Of a stretch of DNA of 64,000 nt, positions 1-10,901 are shown piece after piece (positions within the stretch are counted from its first letter, which is position 1; the number at the start of each line of letters is the position of its first letter). Both the position numbers and the translations under genes were made by a program. The notes below the pieces were generated by a model. The model ran no database searches, was not told where the DNA came from, and was given only the letters and a program-made list of their open reading frames with translations. Origin of the DNA: Nitrospinales bacterium. Lineage in GTDB: Bacteria; Nitrospinota; Nitrospinia; Nitrospinales; VA-1. The DNA is taken from positions 577,036 to 641,035 of the forward strand of contig CBDCXL010000002.1 of NCBI GenBank assembly GCA_965223795.1, in the 5' to 3' direction.

Positions 1-360
1 ATCATCTACGACGCCATCGAGGACATGAAAAAGGCGATGGACGGCCTGCTGGCGCCCAAGTACAAGGAAAAGATCCTGGGACGCGCGGAAGTGCGGCAGG
101 TGTTCACCATCCCCAAGATCGGCTCCATCGCGGGCTGCCAGGTCACCTCCGGCAAAATCGAGCGCAACAGCGACGCGCGGCTGATCCGCGACAACATTGT
201 CATCTACCAGGGCAAGATCAACTCGCTGAGGCGTTTCAAGGAGGATGTCAAGGAAGTGCCTTCGGGCTACGAATGCGGGCTTTCGCTGGAAAAATATCAG
301 GATCTGAAATCCGGGGACATCGTCGAACCTTTCGTGCTTGAAGAGGTCACCGTGTCATGA
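1..360 (+). CDS. infB: translation initiation factor IF-2, C-terminal fragment (5' end lies outside the window)
   Basis: Frame 1 is open from the window edge. The IF-2 C-terminal domain sequence is present ([50 protein letters not shown]). It is followed by the canonical DUF503-rbfA-truB-rpsO-pnp order. Confidence 0.9.
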   Translation: MIYDAIEDMKKAMDGLLAPKYKEKILGRAEVRQVFTIPKIGSIAGCQVTSGKIERNSDARLIRDNIVIYQGKINSLRRFKEDVKEVPSGYECGLSLEKYQDLKSGDIVEPFVLEEVTVS

Positions 361-680
361 GCGGAACGGATTTTCCCATGAAAGTGGGCTGTTGCTCGCT
401 GAAGTTTTTTCTGCATGGCAATTCCTCCCTGAAGGAAAAACGGCGCATCACCAAATCGATCAAGGACCGGGTGAAGAACAAGTTCAACATTTCCATCGCC
501 GAGATCGGCGACCAGGACGTCTGGCAGAATCTGCACCTGGGCATCGTCGCGGTGGGCTCGGACCTCAAATACCTGGACGGGCTGATGAGCCAGGTGGTCA
601 ACGCCATCGACCGGATGCACCTTGCGGAGATGACGGACTGCCAGATCAAGACCCTGCACCTGGGACCGCTGGAATCCTGA
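357..680 (+). CDS. DUF503 (YlxP-like) protein
   Basis: 107 aa with the DUF503 pattern [34 protein letters not shown]. Its start overlaps the infB stop in an ATGA arrangement. The position between infB and rbfA is typical for this family. Confidence 0.8.
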   Translation: MSGTDFPMKVGCCSLKFFLHGNSSLKEKRRITKSIKDRVKNKFNISIAEIGDQDVWQNLHLGIVAVGSDLKYLDGLMSQVVNAIDRMHLAEMTDCQIKTLHLGPLES

Positions 681-695
681 GAGGATGCGTGTGCG

Positions 696-1040
696 ATGCG
701 ATTCAAACGTTCACAACGGATCCAGGAGCTGCTGCTGGAGGAAATCTCCAAGCTGATTCAACACGGATTGAAAGATCCCCGCATCGGGTTCGCCACCATC
801 ACGCACGTGGACGTGAGCGACAACCTGAAACACGCCAACATCTATGTGAGCGTGATGGGGGAAGAAAAGGAAAAAGAAGACACCCTGGCCGCTTTGAAAA
901 GCGCGCGGGGTTTCATCCGAAACTCTCTGGGCAAGAACCTGTACCTCAAGAAAATCCCCGAACTGGATTTCAAGCGGGACGACACCCAGGACAATGTGGA
1001 TCGGATCACCAAGATCCTCAAGGATTTGCACCTTGAATGA
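696..1040 (+). CDS. rbfA: ribosome-binding factor A
   Basis: 114 aa. The RbfA-like N-terminus is RSQRIQELLLEEISKLIQHGLKDPRIGFATITHVDVSDNLKHANIYVSV. Operon context supports the call. Confidence 0.9.
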   Translation: MRFKRSQRIQELLLEEISKLIQHGLKDPRIGFATITHVDVSDNLKHANIYVSVMGEEKEKEDTLAALKSARGFIRNSLGKNLYLKKIPELDFKRDDTQDNVDRITKILKDLHLE

Positions 1041-1110
1041 CACGCAATGGGCCGCGAAGGAAACGCGCGCGGCCGACCCGAAATCGGAAACCGGCTCCGG
1101 CAGCGGCGAT

Positions 1111-2046
1111 TTGAACCGGATCGTCAACCTGTACAAAAAGGAGGGCCCCACCTCCTTCGACATGGTGCAGGCGGTGAAACGGGTGCTCAAGGTCAAGAAG
1201 GCCGGACATATCGGAACGCTGGATCCGCTGGCGGAGGGCGTTCTGCCCATCTGCCTCAACCGCTCGACACGGATCATCCAGTTTTTGTCGGCGCTGCCGA
1301 AATCCTACCGCACCCGCATGGTGCTGGGCACGGCCACGGACACGCAGGACGCCTCGGGAAAGGTGACCGCCACCGGAGAAACCGGCGGCATCACGGAGGC
1401 TGCGGTGCGTTCGGTTCTGGCCGGTTTCACGGGTCCGCAGAAACAGGTGCCGCCGATGTTTTCCGCCAAGAAACGCAAAGGAATTCCCCTTTACAAATTG
1501 GCCAGAAATGGTATTACTATCGAAAGAAAGCCAGCAAATATAACGATATTTGCCATTGAGTTCATCAAGAAGGAGGGCGACCGGGTTGAATTCGAGGTTC
1601 ACTGCTCGGCAGGAACCTACATCAGAACGCTTTGCCACGATATCGGGCAGGCGTTGGGCTCTCAGGCCCACATGGAACACCTGGTGCGAACCCGCGTCGG
1701 GGAATTCGATCTGGCCGGCTCGGTGACCCTGGACGCCCTGGAAGCCGCGGTTTCGAACGGAAGCCTGTCGCAAAAGCTGGTCCCCCAGGAAAAAGCTCTC
1801 CAATTTCTTCCGGAAATCCGCATCAAAAAAGATTTTTCCGGTTCCGTCGCCCACGGCGTCGCGCCGTCGAAATCCTGTCTGGAAACCGAAACCGTTCCGG
1901 GAACGTTTCATCCGGGAATGAATCTCAGGCTTGCCAACGGCAACCACCGGCTTTTGGCCATCGTGGAACCGGTTGTGGATCAGGATGCGTTCACGCAGCT
2001 GGGTCCCAATGCCGTGCCGTTCAAACTGAAACGTGTTCTGGTCTGA
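1111..2046 (+). CDS. truB: tRNA pseudouridine(55) synthase TruB
   Basis: The catalytic motif GHIGTLDPLAEGVLPI is present. A TTG at 1111 gives a typical N-terminus (NRIVNLYKKEGPTSFDMV). The ORF-track start at 994 would overlap rbfA and add about 39 uninformative residues, so the start is uncertain. Confidence 0.85.
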   Translation: MNRIVNLYKKEGPTSFDMVQAVKRVLKVKKAGHIGTLDPLAEGVLPICLNRSTRIIQFLSALPKSYRTRMVLGTATDTQDASGKVTATGETGGITEAAVRSVLAGFTGPQKQVPPMFSAKKRKGIPLYKLARNGITIERKPANITIFAIEFIKKEGDRVEFEVHCSAGTYIRTLCHDIGQALGSQAHMEHLVRTRVGEFDLAGSVTLDALEAAVSNGSLSQKLVPQEKALQFLPEIRIKKDFSGSVAHGVAPSKSCLETETVPGTFHPGMNLRLANGNHRLLAIVEPVVDQDAFTQLGPNAVPFKLKRVLV

Positions 2047-2292
2047 ATTGTGTGAGACTTTATATAAAATGTTTTTTTCAGTAAGCGGCTGATGCCGCCT
2101 GCCACAATGAACATCAACGTGAACATCAAGTTATGAACCCCATTGCTGAAAGAAGACGGTTGGAATGTTTTCGCAGGGAAGTTCCTGGAATCCCGCGCAC
2201 ATTCACACCAGGCCGGGGCCGCCCGAGCTGGTCTGCGAAAACATTCGCCAATCCTCTTGCAGCAGCCGATTCCATCCTGGGAGGATGAAACG

Positions 2293-2562
2293 ATGGCTTT
2301 AAAAAAGGAAGAGAAATCGACGATCATTTCGGATTACAAGCTGCACGAAAAGGACACAGGATCTTCGGAAGTCCAGATTGCCCTTCTTACCAAACGCATC
2401 AACGACCTCACCGAACATTTCAAGACCCACGCCAAGGACCACCACTCCCGGCGGGGGTTGCTCAAACTCGTCAGCCAGCGGCGCAAACTGCTCGATCATC
2501 TCAAAGAAGAAGACGCGAGACGCTACCAGCAAATCATTGCGCAGCTCGGCATCCGACGATAA
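2293..2562 (+). CDS. rpsO: 30S ribosomal protein S15
   Basis: 89 aa ([57 protein letters not shown]). A GGGAGG Shine-Dalgarno sits about 9 nt upstream. The track ORF starting at 2143 is an upstream extension. Confidence 0.92.
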   Translation: MALKKEEKSTIISDYKLHEKDTGSSEVQIALLTKRINDLTEHFKTHAKDHHSRRGLLKLVSQRRKLLDHLKEEDARRYQQIIAQLGIRR

Positions 2563-2584
2563 CAAAGGAACTGGAGAAGAATTA

Positions 2585-4681
2585 ATGGAAAAAGTAGAAA
2601 TAGACATAGACGGGAAAGTACTATCTATTGAAGCTGGTGACCTCGCCCGCCAAGCCGGGGGAGCGGTGGTGATCCGCCAGGGAGATTCGATGGTTCTGGT
2701 GACCGCCACGATGGCCAAGCAGGCCAAGGAAGGTCAGGATTTTTTCCCCCTCACGGTGGACTACCGCGAACGCACCTACGCCGCCGGTAAGATTCCGGGC
2801 AGCTTTTTCAAACGCGAAGCGCGGCCGGGAGAGATCGAGACGCTGATCTGCCGGCTGATCGACCGGCCGATCCGGCCGTTGTTTCCCAAAGCCTTTCTCA
2901 ACGAAACGCAGGTCATCTGCCTGGTGGTGTCGCACGATCAGGTCAACCCCACCGACGTGGTCGCCATCACCGGCGCGTCGGCGGCGCTCATGATATCCGA
3001 TATTCCTTTCACCACGCCCATCGCCGGCGCGCGCGTCGGCCGGATCGACGGCAACTTCGTCTTCAATCCGACCTATGAAGAAACCGCGAGCAGCGATCTC
3101 AACCTGGTGATGGCGGGCACCTCCGACGGCATCGTCATGGTGGAAGCGGGCGCCAAGGAAATGAGCGAAGAAGTGATGATGAGCGCCCTGGAGTTCGGGC
3201 ACGAACGCATCAAAAAAATCATCGAAATTCAGGAAAAACTGCACAGCCTCATCAATAAGGAAAAGGTGGCGGTGGAAAAAACCGATCCGGACGCGGACCT
3301 GCAATCCAAGGCGGACGGCCTGGCGCGGGGACGGCTGGAATCGGCCATGAACATTCCCGGCAAGCAGGAACGCACCGACACGATCAAGGCGATCAAGGAA
3401 TCGCTGGTCGCGGAGCTCAATCCGGAGGACGACGACGCCGTCAAGAACGATCTCGACACCATTTACCACGATCTGGAAAAGGAAGTGGTGCGCAACCTCA
3501 TTCTGGACAAGGGCTACCGCGTCGACGGCCGCGGCCTGAAGGACATCCGGCCGATCAGCATCCAGGTGGGCTACCTGCCCAGGACGCACGGCTCGGCCAT
3601 CTTCACGCGCGGTGAAACCCAGGCGCTGGTGACGACGACGCTCGGCACCTCCATCGACGAGCAGCGGATGGACAGCCTGGAGTTCAAGGGCACCAAGTCG
3701 TTTTTGCTGCATTACAATTTTCCCGCGTTCTGCACCGGTGAAGTCAAGTTCATCGGCGGGCCGGGCCGCCGGGAAATCGGCCACGGCATGCTGGCGGAAC
3801 GCTCGCTGATTCCGGTTTTGCCCTCCAAGGACGACTTCCCCTACACCATCCGCATCGTTTCCGAGATCCTCGAATCCAACGGTTCCTCCTCGATGGCCTC
3901 GGTGTGCGGCGGCGCGCTGTCGCTGATGGACGCGGGCGTTCCCATCAAGGAGCCGGTGGCGGGCATCGCCATGGGACTCATCAAGGAAGGCGACCGCACG
4001 GCCATCCTGTCGGACATCCTGGGCAGCGAGGACCATCTCGGCGACATGGATTTCAAGGTGGCCGGGACGAAAAACGGCATCACCGCGCTGCAGATGGACA
4101 TCAAGATCGGCGGGCTGGACAAGGCGCTCATGTCCACGGCGCTGGAGCAGGCGCGCGAAGGCCGGATGCACATTCTCGGCGAGATGGGCAAGGTGCTGGA
4201 AACCCCGAGACAGCAGATGTCCATGTACGCGCCGCGCATCATCACCATGACCGTGCCGAAGGACAAGATCCGCGATATCATCGGACCGGGCGGCAAGGTG
4301 ATCCGCGAGATCATCGACAAGACCGGCGTCACCATCGACATCAACGACGACGGCTTGGTGTCGATCGCCTCGGCGGACGAGATGGCGGCGAAGGACGCCA
4401 TCCATTTCGTCGAAAGCCTCATCCAGGAAGTGGAGGTCGGCAAGATCTATCTCGGCAAGGTCAAAAAGATCGTCGATTTCGGGGCGTTCGTGGAGATCCT
4501 GCCGGGCACCGACGGCCTGGTTCACATCTCGCAGGTCTGCGACAGGCGCATCAAGAGCGTGTCCGATGAAATCCAGGAAGGCGACGAGATCAAGGTCAAG
4601 GTGATCGACGTCGACTCCCAGGGCAAGGTCAAGCTCAGCCGCAAGGAAGCGCTGCGCGAGGAAGCGGGCGTCGCGACCTGA
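2585..4681 (+). CDS. pnp: polyribonucleotide nucleotidyltransferase (PNPase)
   Basis: 698 aa counted from [18 protein letters not shown]. It has two RNase PH-like domains, KH and S1 domains, and the motif [10 protein letters not shown]. The track ORF from 2378 overlaps rpsO. Confidence 0.95.
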   Translation: MEKVEIDIDGKVLSIEAGDLARQAGGAVVIRQGDSMVLVTATMAKQAKEGQDFFPLTVDYRERTYAAGKIPGSFFKREARPGEIETLICRLIDRPIRPLFPKAFLNETQVICLVVSHDQVNPTDVVAITGASAALMISDIPFTTPIAGARVGRIDGNFVFNPTYEETASSDLNLVMAGTSDGIVMVEAGAKEMSEEVMMSALEFGHERIKKIIEIQEKLHSLINKEKVAVEKTDPDADLQSKADGLARGRLESAMNIPGKQERTDTIKAIKESLVAELNPEDDDAVKNDLDTIYHDLEKEVVRNLILDKGYRVDGRGLKDIRPISIQVGYLPRTHGSAIFTRGETQALVTTTLGTSIDEQRMDSLEFKGTKSFLLHYNFPAFCTGEVKFIGGPGRREIGHGMLAERSLIPVLPSKDDFPYTIRIVSEILESNGSSSMASVCGGALSLMDAGVPIKEPVAGIAMGLIKEGDRTAILSDILGSEDHLGDMDFKVAGTKNGITALQMDIKIGGLDKALMSTALEQAREGRMHILGEMGKVLETPRQQMSMYAPRIITMTVPKDKIRDIIGPGGKVIREIIDKTGVTIDINDDGLVSIASADEMAAKDAIHFVESLIQEVEVGKIYLGKVKKIVDFGAFVEILPGTDGLVHISQVCDRRIKSVSDEIQEGDEIKVKVIDVDSQGKVKLSRKEALREEAGVAT

Positions 4682-4708
4682 CGCAAGCTCCACTCTCTAT
4701 AGCACCCA

Positions 4709-4757
4709 AGCCGGAAACGGCGGATCGCACACGGTCCGCGGTTTCCGGCTTTTTTTT
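4709..4757 (+). terminator. rho-independent terminator downstream of pnp
   Basis: A perfect 10-bp stem pairs AGCCGGAAAC (4709-4718) with GTTTCCGGCT (4741-4750). It is followed by a T-run. Confidence 0.8.
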
Positions 4758-4870
4758 GACTTTCCGGCCGCCTTAGCAGCTTCGAAGCGGATTGGGTGTT
4801 TATTTGAAAATGGTTACACTTGGATCTGCTTGTGGCGTCGTTCACCTCATATCGAGAAAGGCAAACCTGC

Positions 4871-5200
4871 ATGACTTCTTTTATCTACTACATAACCGCT
4901 GCCGCCGCCGAGATCGCCGGCTGCTTCGCCTTCTGGAGGTGGCTCAGGCTGGGGCACAGCCCCTGGTGGGTGGTTCCGGGCGCGGTGGCGCTGTGTGCGT
5001 TCGCGATCCTTCTCACCCGCATCGATTCCGCGTTCGCGGGCCGGGCGTTCGCCGCCTACGGCGGCGTCTACATCGCGGCGTCGCTGCTCTGGCTGTGGGG
5101 TGTGGAAGGCCAGCGGCCGGACCGGTGGGATGTGCTGGGCGGGGCGATCTGCCTGAGCGGCGCGGCGGTGATCCTGTTCGGCCCGCGGCCGGGGCTGTGA
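4871..5200 (+). CDS. YnfA/UPF0060 family small membrane protein
   Basis: 109 aa. Matches the YnfA pattern ([17 protein letters not shown] ... [16 protein letters not shown]), and the four-TM layout is typical of the family. Confidence 0.75.
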   Translation: MTSFIYYITAAAAEIAGCFAFWRWLRLGHSPWWVVPGAVALCAFAILLTRIDSAFAGRAFAAYGGVYIAASLLWLWGVEGQRPDRWDVLGGAICLSGAAVILFGPRPGL

Positions 5201-5201
5201 G

Positions 5202-5957
5202 TCAGAACTGGATGTCCCACTCCTTCAGCCCTTCTATCGTCTTGTAGTGGGTGAGGTCGTAGTGGATGGGGGTGATGGCGATGTGGTTCTTGGACACCAT
5301 CTCGCAGTCGGTCTCCTTGTCCACCTCGTCGAAACGCATCTCGCCCGCCAGCCAGTAGTAGGTGTTGTTGCGCGGATCGACGCGTTTGTCAAAGGTCTCG
5401 ATGACGCGGGATTTGCCCTGGCGGGTGATGGCCACGCCCTCGATCTGGTCGCGCGGCACCGCCGGCACGTTGATGTTGAGCGACACCCCCTCGGGCAGCC
5501 CCTTTTCCAGAACGGTGGGCACCAGCTTGCGGGTGAACTCGGCGGCGGGGCCGAAATCGGGATCGACGAAGGTGTCGAGGGACACGGCGATGGCGGTGAC
5601 GCCCATGATCGTGGCCTCGGTGGCGGCGGAGACGGTTCCGGAATAAATGGCGCAGGTTCCCAGATTGCCGCCGAGATTGATCCCGGAGATCACCAGCTCG
5701 GGCGGCTCCTCCATGAGCACGGTGATGGCGATCTTGATGCAGTCGGCGGGGGTGCCGTTGACCGCGTAGCCGATGAACTCGCCGTTTTCGACCACTTTGT
5801 GGGTCTTGAGCGGATTGGACAGGGTGATGGCGTGCCCCACCGCACTCTGCTCGGTTTCCGGCGCCACCACCATGACATCGGCGATCTTGGCGATCTCGCG
5901 CCGCAGCGTGCGCAGGCCGGGGGCGTTGATGCCGTCGTCGTTGGAAAGAATGATCAT
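5202..5957 (-). CDS. surE: 5'/3'-nucleotidase SurE
   Basis: 251 aa. The hallmark N-terminus MIILSNDDGINAPGL and the motif GINLGGNLG are both present. Confidence 0.92.
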   Translation of the reverse strand: MIILSNDDGINAPGLRTLRREIAKIADVMVVAPETEQSAVGHAITLSNPLKTHKVVENGEFIGYAVNGTPADCIKIAITVLMEEPPELVISGINLGGNLGTCAIYSGTVSAATEATIMGVTAIAVSLDTFVDPDFGPAAEFTRKLVPTVLEKGLPEGVSLNINVPAVPRDQIEGVAITRQGKSRVIETFDKRVDPRNNTYYWLAGEMRFDEVDKETDCEMVSKNHIAITPIHYDLTHYKTIEGLKEWDIQF

Positions 5958-6062
5958 ATCAATACCGGGTCGCGCCCGGTAGCAACTATCGGTGAGAAAA
6001 GACTCCCGTCATCCGGCCGGAAAAAACGGGGGTTGAACCTCCGTAAACCACGGGATCCGCAT

Positions 6063-6100
6063 AAAAAAACGGGCGGACCGGGTTGACTCCGGTTCCGCCC
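6063..6100 (-). terminator. rho-independent terminator downstream of the peroxiredoxin gene
   Basis: On the minus strand, a GGGCGGAACCGG / CCGGTCCGCCC stem is followed by T7 (seen as the A-run 6063-6069 on the plus strand). Confidence 0.7.
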
Positions 6101-6150
6101 TGATTTCCCCTGTGTTCCAGGAAGTCGAGGCTGAGTGAAAATAAGCGCCG

Positions 6151-6738
6151 TCAATTGTGCTTGGAAAAATACTCCTGGGAGCCTTTCGGGTCCGCTTTCA
6201 TGCCGTCGGCGCCTTCCTGCCAGTTCGCCGGGCAGACTTCGCCGTTTTTCTCGTGATACTGCAGGGCGTCCACCATGCGTAGCGCTTCGTCGATGTTGCG
6301 CCCCAGTGGCAGGTTGTTGATGAGCTGATGCTGGACGACGCCGTCCTTGTCGATCAGAAACAGGGCGCGGAACGCCACGCCGATGTCGGCCAGAACGTCG
6401 TAATCCTTGCTGATCTGCTTGGTCACGTCGCCGATCAGCGGGTATTGGATGTCCCCCAAACCGCCCTGTTTGCGGTCGGTGTTCCTCCAGGCCAGGTGCG
6501 AGAACTTGCTGTCGATGGAAACGCCGAGGATCTCCGTGTTGCGCTTTTTGAAATCCGCCGCCTTGGTGCTGAAGGCGATGATCTCGGTGGGGCAGACGAA
6601 CGTGAAATCCAGGGGATAGAAGAATAAAATGACATATTTGCCGCGGAAGTCGGAAAGCTTGATCTGCTTGAAACTGCCGTCGGGCATGACCGCATCCGCT
6701 GTGAAATCGGGTGCAGGTTTGGAAACTAGGTTGGCCAT
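6151..6738 (-). CDS. typical 2-Cys peroxiredoxin (AhpC/Tsa family)
   Basis: 195 aa. The peroxidatic Cys motif [14 protein letters not shown] and the resolving Cys motif GEVCPANW are both present. Confidence 0.9.
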   Translation of the reverse strand: MANLVSKPAPDFTADAVMPDGSFKQIKLSDFRGKYVILFFYPLDFTFVCPTEIIAFSTKAADFKKRNTEILGVSIDSKFSHLAWRNTDRKQGGLGDIQYPLIGDVTKQISKDYDVLADIGVAFRALFLIDKDGVVQHQLINNLPLGRNIDEALRMVDALQYHEKNGEVCPANWQEGADGMKADPKGSQEYFSKHN

Positions 6739-6794
6739 ATTTTTAACTCCTCGTGAATAACGGTTGTTTTGGAAAGGCCTTAATACTACACAAA

Positions 6795-6868
6795 TTTGCA
6801 GCCGGGTTCAAACCCGATGTTTCCCCCACTCCGCGTGGGGCGGGTTTGCTCACGCCGTGCAAAACTCT
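6795..6868. repeat. dispersed intergenic repeat, family C, copy 1
   Basis: The 41-nt core CCACTCCGCGTGGGGCGGGTTTGCTCACGCCGTGCAAAACT (6826-6866) matches 50963-51003 at 37/41 positions. Both copies are preceded by TTTGCAGCC. Confidence 0.75.
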
Positions 6869-6967
6869 TTTGGTTTGGTTCGAATTTCCTCCCTTCAGGC
6901 CCTCCTGCGCGGAGGGCGGACGGCCTGAAACACACAGCCGGATTTGTGTGTATGCCGGGACGCCCGC

Positions 6968-6996
6968 TTGACAGTGCCGGTGCCTCTATTTACAAT
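6968..6996 (+). promoter_or_regulatory. sigma-70-type promoter candidate for the CDF transporter operon
   Basis: TTGACA (6968-6973), a 17-bp spacer, then TACAAT (6991-6996), about 75 nt upstream of the ATG at 7070. Confidence 0.5.
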
Positions 6997-7069
6997 AAAA
7001 ACATTCGAATTAAAGGGATTTTGACCGGCCAACGCCCGCTCCGATCCCGGCTCCCGTTCCCTCTCTGGT

Positions 7070-7957
7070 ATGGAATCGACACAAGTTCAAAAGCGGTTGA
7101 AAATCGCTATTTTCCTGACGTTCGCCATCTTCTGCTTCGAGGCGGCGGGCGGCTGGATTGCCGGCAGCTTGGCGCTGCTCAGCGACGCGGGACACATGTT
7201 CAGCGACGTGTTCGCCCTGTTTCTCAGCTGGATGGCGCTGCGCATCGCGACCCTGCCTTCGACTTCGACCAAAACCTACGGCTACCACCGGCTGGAGATC
7301 TTCGCGGCGCTGATCAACGGGCTTCTGCTCCTGGGCATGGCGGGCACGATCCTGTTCGAGGCGTTCGAGCGTTTTCAGAATCCGCGTGAGGTGCAGACCG
7401 GCATCGTGCTGCTGGTGGGCGGCATCGGACTGGCCACCAATCTGGCGGTGATCTACTTTCTCAAGGAACCGGGACTCCAATCGGGCGATTTGAACGTGAA
7501 AAGCGCGCTCTACCATGTTCTCGGCGACACGCTGGCCTCGTTAGGGGTGATCGCCGGCGCGCTGGTGATGCAATGGACGGGCTGGTTCTGGGTGGATGCG
7601 CTGGTGGGTGCGGCGATTGCGTGCCTTTTGATCTGGGGCGCCAAGCACATCCTCACCGATTCGGTGCACATCCTGCTGGAAGGGGTGCCCAAGGGCATCT
7701 CGCTGTCCGAGGTGAAGCGGGAGCTGACGGCCATCCCGGCGATCAAGAACATCCACGAGCTGCACATCTGGTGCATCTGCTCCAACATCTACGCGCTCAG
7801 CACGCACGCGCTGGTGGGGGATTCCAAGGCGAGCCAGGGACTGCTGACCGAAGTGCAGGACGTGCTGCGGCAAAAGTTCAACATCACCCATACCACCATC
7901 CAGTTCGAATCCACTCCCTGCGGGCAGGGCGAAATCCTGTGCGACATGAACCATTGA
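7070..7957 (+). CDS. cation diffusion facilitator family transporter (CzcD/ZitB-like)
   Basis: 295 aa with six TM segments. The CDF signature is LSDAGHMFSDVFAL ... YHVLGDTLASLGV. It ends in a His/Cys-containing cytoplasmic domain. Confidence 0.85.
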   Translation: MESTQVQKRLKIAIFLTFAIFCFEAAGGWIAGSLALLSDAGHMFSDVFALFLSWMALRIATLPSTSTKTYGYHRLEIFAALINGLLLLGMAGTILFEAFERFQNPREVQTGIVLLVGGIGLATNLAVIYFLKEPGLQSGDLNVKSALYHVLGDTLASLGVIAGALVMQWTGWFWVDALVGAAIACLLIWGAKHILTDSVHILLEGVPKGISLSEVKRELTAIPAIKNIHELHIWCICSNIYALSTHALVGDSKASQGLLTEVQDVLRQKFNITHTTIQFESTPCGQGEILCDMNH

Positions 7958-7964
7958 CGCCTCC

Positions 7965-8732
7965 ATGAACATTCTTTTTCTGGGTACAGGGACCTCGACC
8001 GGCGTTCCCTCGATGTGCTGCGAATGCGCGGTGTGCCGGTCCGAAGACCCCAAAAACAAACGGCTCCGGGCCTCGGTGCTGTTTCAGCACGACGGCTACA
8101 ACCTGCTGATCGACACGTCCACGGACCTGCGCCAGCAGAGCCTGACGCACGGGCTCAAGCACATCGACAGCGTGCTGTTCACGCACCACCACGCGGACCA
8201 CGTGCACGGCATCGACGAGCTGCGCAGCTTCAACTATTTCAATAAAACCGCCATCCCCTGCTACGGCAACGCGGAAACGCTGGAAGAGCTGAGAAACAAA
8301 TTCAGCTACATTTTCAAGGGGTCGGCGGCGCAGGTGGGCGGGGGACTGCCGCAGCTCAACCTGCATGCGCTGGACGGCGCGCCGCTGCCGCTCGGTGGGA
8401 TGGAGGTGACGCGGCTGGACATCACGCACGGCAAACTCACGATCTCCGGGTACAAGGTCGACAACTGCGCCTACATCACCGACTGCAGCGCCATCCCGGA
8501 GCAGACGATGGCAAAGCTGCACGGCCTGGACGTTTTGATCCTCAACGCGCTCGGCTTCGATCCGCACCCGACGCACATGTGCCTCCGGGAAGCGCTTGAC
8601 GTCATCGAGCAGCTTAGGCCCAGGCAGACGTTCCTGACGCACATCAACCACAAATTCGACCACAACACGGTCTCGGCCGACCTTCCGGAAAACGTGCAGC
8701 TTGCCTATGACGGACTGACTGTGGAGGTTTGA
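7965..8732 (+). CDS. MBL-fold metallo-hydrolase (PhnP-like, COG1235)
   Basis: 255 aa. The N-terminus carries GTGTSTGVPSMCCECAVC and the metal motif is HHHADHVHG. It starts 7 nt after the CDF gene, so the two are probably co-transcribed. Confidence 0.8.
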   Translation: MNILFLGTGTSTGVPSMCCECAVCRSEDPKNKRLRASVLFQHDGYNLLIDTSTDLRQQSLTHGLKHIDSVLFTHHHADHVHGIDELRSFNYFNKTAIPCYGNAETLEELRNKFSYIFKGSAAQVGGGLPQLNLHALDGAPLPLGGMEVTRLDITHGKLTISGYKVDNCAYITDCSAIPEQTMAKLHGLDVLILNALGFDPHPTHMCLREALDVIEQLRPRQTFLTHINHKFDHNTVSADLPENVQLAYDGLTVEV

Positions 8733-8810
8733 ATTTTGCCGGAAGTATTGCGAACTTTTTAAAACAGCATCCTCGCGCAACACCCGCAGGAAACGCCGAA
8801 AAAAAACAAG

Positions 8811-9031
8811 TCTCGCGCAAAGACGCGAAGACGCAAATCCCCCCTCACCTAAATCCTCAAGCCACCTTCAGTATTTTTTTATAGGCGGGTGGCAGAACAA
8901 GTTCTGCATTTCCTCATTAAACTGATTTAAAGGAGGGTCATCAAGCTATGCTTGACCTCCACCTTCTGGGGGGAGAGGAATTTCATTAAAAAATTCTCTA
9001 GCATTCCTTTGTGTTCTTTGCGTCTTTGCGG
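8811..9031. repeat. MITE-like structured repeat, family A, long form, with inverted ends (copy 1)
   Basis: The ends carry an 11-bp perfect inverted repeat: CGCAAAGACGC (8816-8826) and GCGTCTTTGCG (9020-9030). The core 8841-8979 is shared with 10625-10810 and, in a short form, with 52311-52400. No coding capacity is evident. Confidence 0.7.
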
Positions 9032-9044
9032 TTCCGTTCTTCAA

Positions 9045-9329
9045 TCAATAAAACCTGAGCGGCACGAAATACCGGTGCACGAACCAGACCCCAAAGAACA
9101 ACGGCACGCACAGGATTCCGTAAAACAGGGACGGGCCGGTTGCCAGTTTCAGCAAAACAGGAACCAGCAACAGGAACACCGCTATTCTGGAAGCGACCTC
9201 ATAGCCTGTGTGCAGATACAGCCGGGTGTGGCAGCCGGGACAGGTGGCGGGCTTACGGTGGGAAACGAACCACTTTTTCGCCAGGGGGATGGCACGCTGC
9301 CCGCATTGGGGGCATTGCCTTGGATTCAC
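9045..9329 (-). CDS. hypothetical small membrane protein with N-terminal zinc-ribbon
   Basis: 94 aa. CPQC ... CPGC pairs are followed by two hydrophobic helices. I recognise no family. Confidence 0.45.
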   Translation of the reverse strand: MNPRQCPQCGQRAIPLAKKWFVSHRKPATCPGCHTRLYLHTGYEVASRIAVFLLLVPVLLKLATGPSLFYGILCVPLFFGVWFVHRYFVPLRFY

Positions 9330-9383
9330 GTTTGCCCCGTTCGGGTGGGAATTGCCGTATCAGGGCAACGGGGAAAGCGCCGG

Positions 9384-9668
9384 TCAATCGAGGTCGAAAT
9401 CGCGGAGGGGTTTTTCCACGTTGCGGTCGACCTTCTTCGCGGATTCCTTGAACCGCTCTTCCAGAAGGCGGTCGCGTTCTTTCTGGGTCTGGGTGTGCTT
9501 TTTGAACAGACTCTGCTGCTCTTTTTTCTGGGCGTCCAGCGATTTGACCATGTCCGACAGCGACACGTCGGGCTTGGGTTTCTTTTCCTCCCAGATGACC
9601 TCTCCGGTTTTGATATCGACTTTCAGCTTGCTTTCGCAGCAAGGGCATTTGACATCGATGCTGCTCAT
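9384..9668 (-). CDS. hypothetical small protein with a CPCC knuckle and a Lys/Glu-rich helical tail
   Basis: 94 aa counted from MSSIDVKCPCCESKLKVDIKTGEV. The track start at 9704 adds 12 residues. Family unknown. Confidence 0.45.
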   Translation of the reverse strand: MSSIDVKCPCCESKLKVDIKTGEVIWEEKKPKPDVSLSDMVKSLDAQKKEQQSLFKKHTQTQKERDRLLEERFKESAKKVDRNVEKPLRDFDLD

Positions 9669-9722
9669 GTTCGACCCCCAGTGTGTGGATGACCCTCCCT
9701 GCACGATTATACCAAATTTTAA

Positions 9723-10601
<879 letters not shown>

Positions 10602-10624
10602 GTGGAAATAAAAAGCATTCATTT

Positions 10625-10810
10625 CCCCTCACCCCACCCTCAAGCCACCTCAAGTATTTCAATGAGCGGGTGCCGAGCTATGCTCGGCCAAGCCACCTTC
10701 CGTTTTTTAATATGCGGGTGGCAGAACAAGTTCTGCATTTCCTCATTAAAATGATTTTAAGGAGGGTCATCAAGCTTCGCTTGACCTCCCTCCTGAGGGG
10801 GGAGAGGAAT
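10625..10810. repeat. structured repeat, family A, long form (copy 2)
   Basis: Shares GCGGGTGGCAGAACAAGTTCTGCATTTCCTCATTAAA..TGATTT.AAGGAGGGTCATCAAGCT..GCTTGACCTCC...GGGGGGAGAGGAAT with 8886-8982. The CAAGCCACCT/GCGGGTG module is duplicated in this copy. Confidence 0.75.
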
Positions 10811-10901
10811 ATTGAAGGAAGGAGCCCAACACAGGTAATAAGCAGTCTATTTGCGGGTTCTCTTCGCGTTTCATTGCAGAGCTGCTGAAGACTCTGCAGG
10901 T

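Noticed and set aside
2621-4693. A 690-aa ORF antisense to pnp. Similar long antisense ORFs include 1018-1947, 5247-6086, 7884-8783, 13777-15075, 15047-15919, 17580-18239 and 18236-18988.
   Set aside because: High GC content leaves long stop-free antisense frames. Their translations are Arg/Gly/His/Asp/Val-rich and carry no family motifs. The opposite strand encodes proteins with unambiguous signatures.
8952-9692. A 246-aa ORF running through the family-A repeat and antisense to two small genes.
   Set aside because: It starts inside a non-coding repeat element. Its translation (for example SIPLCSLRLCGS) is the kind of pseudo-peptide such repeats produce. It shows no supporting motifs.
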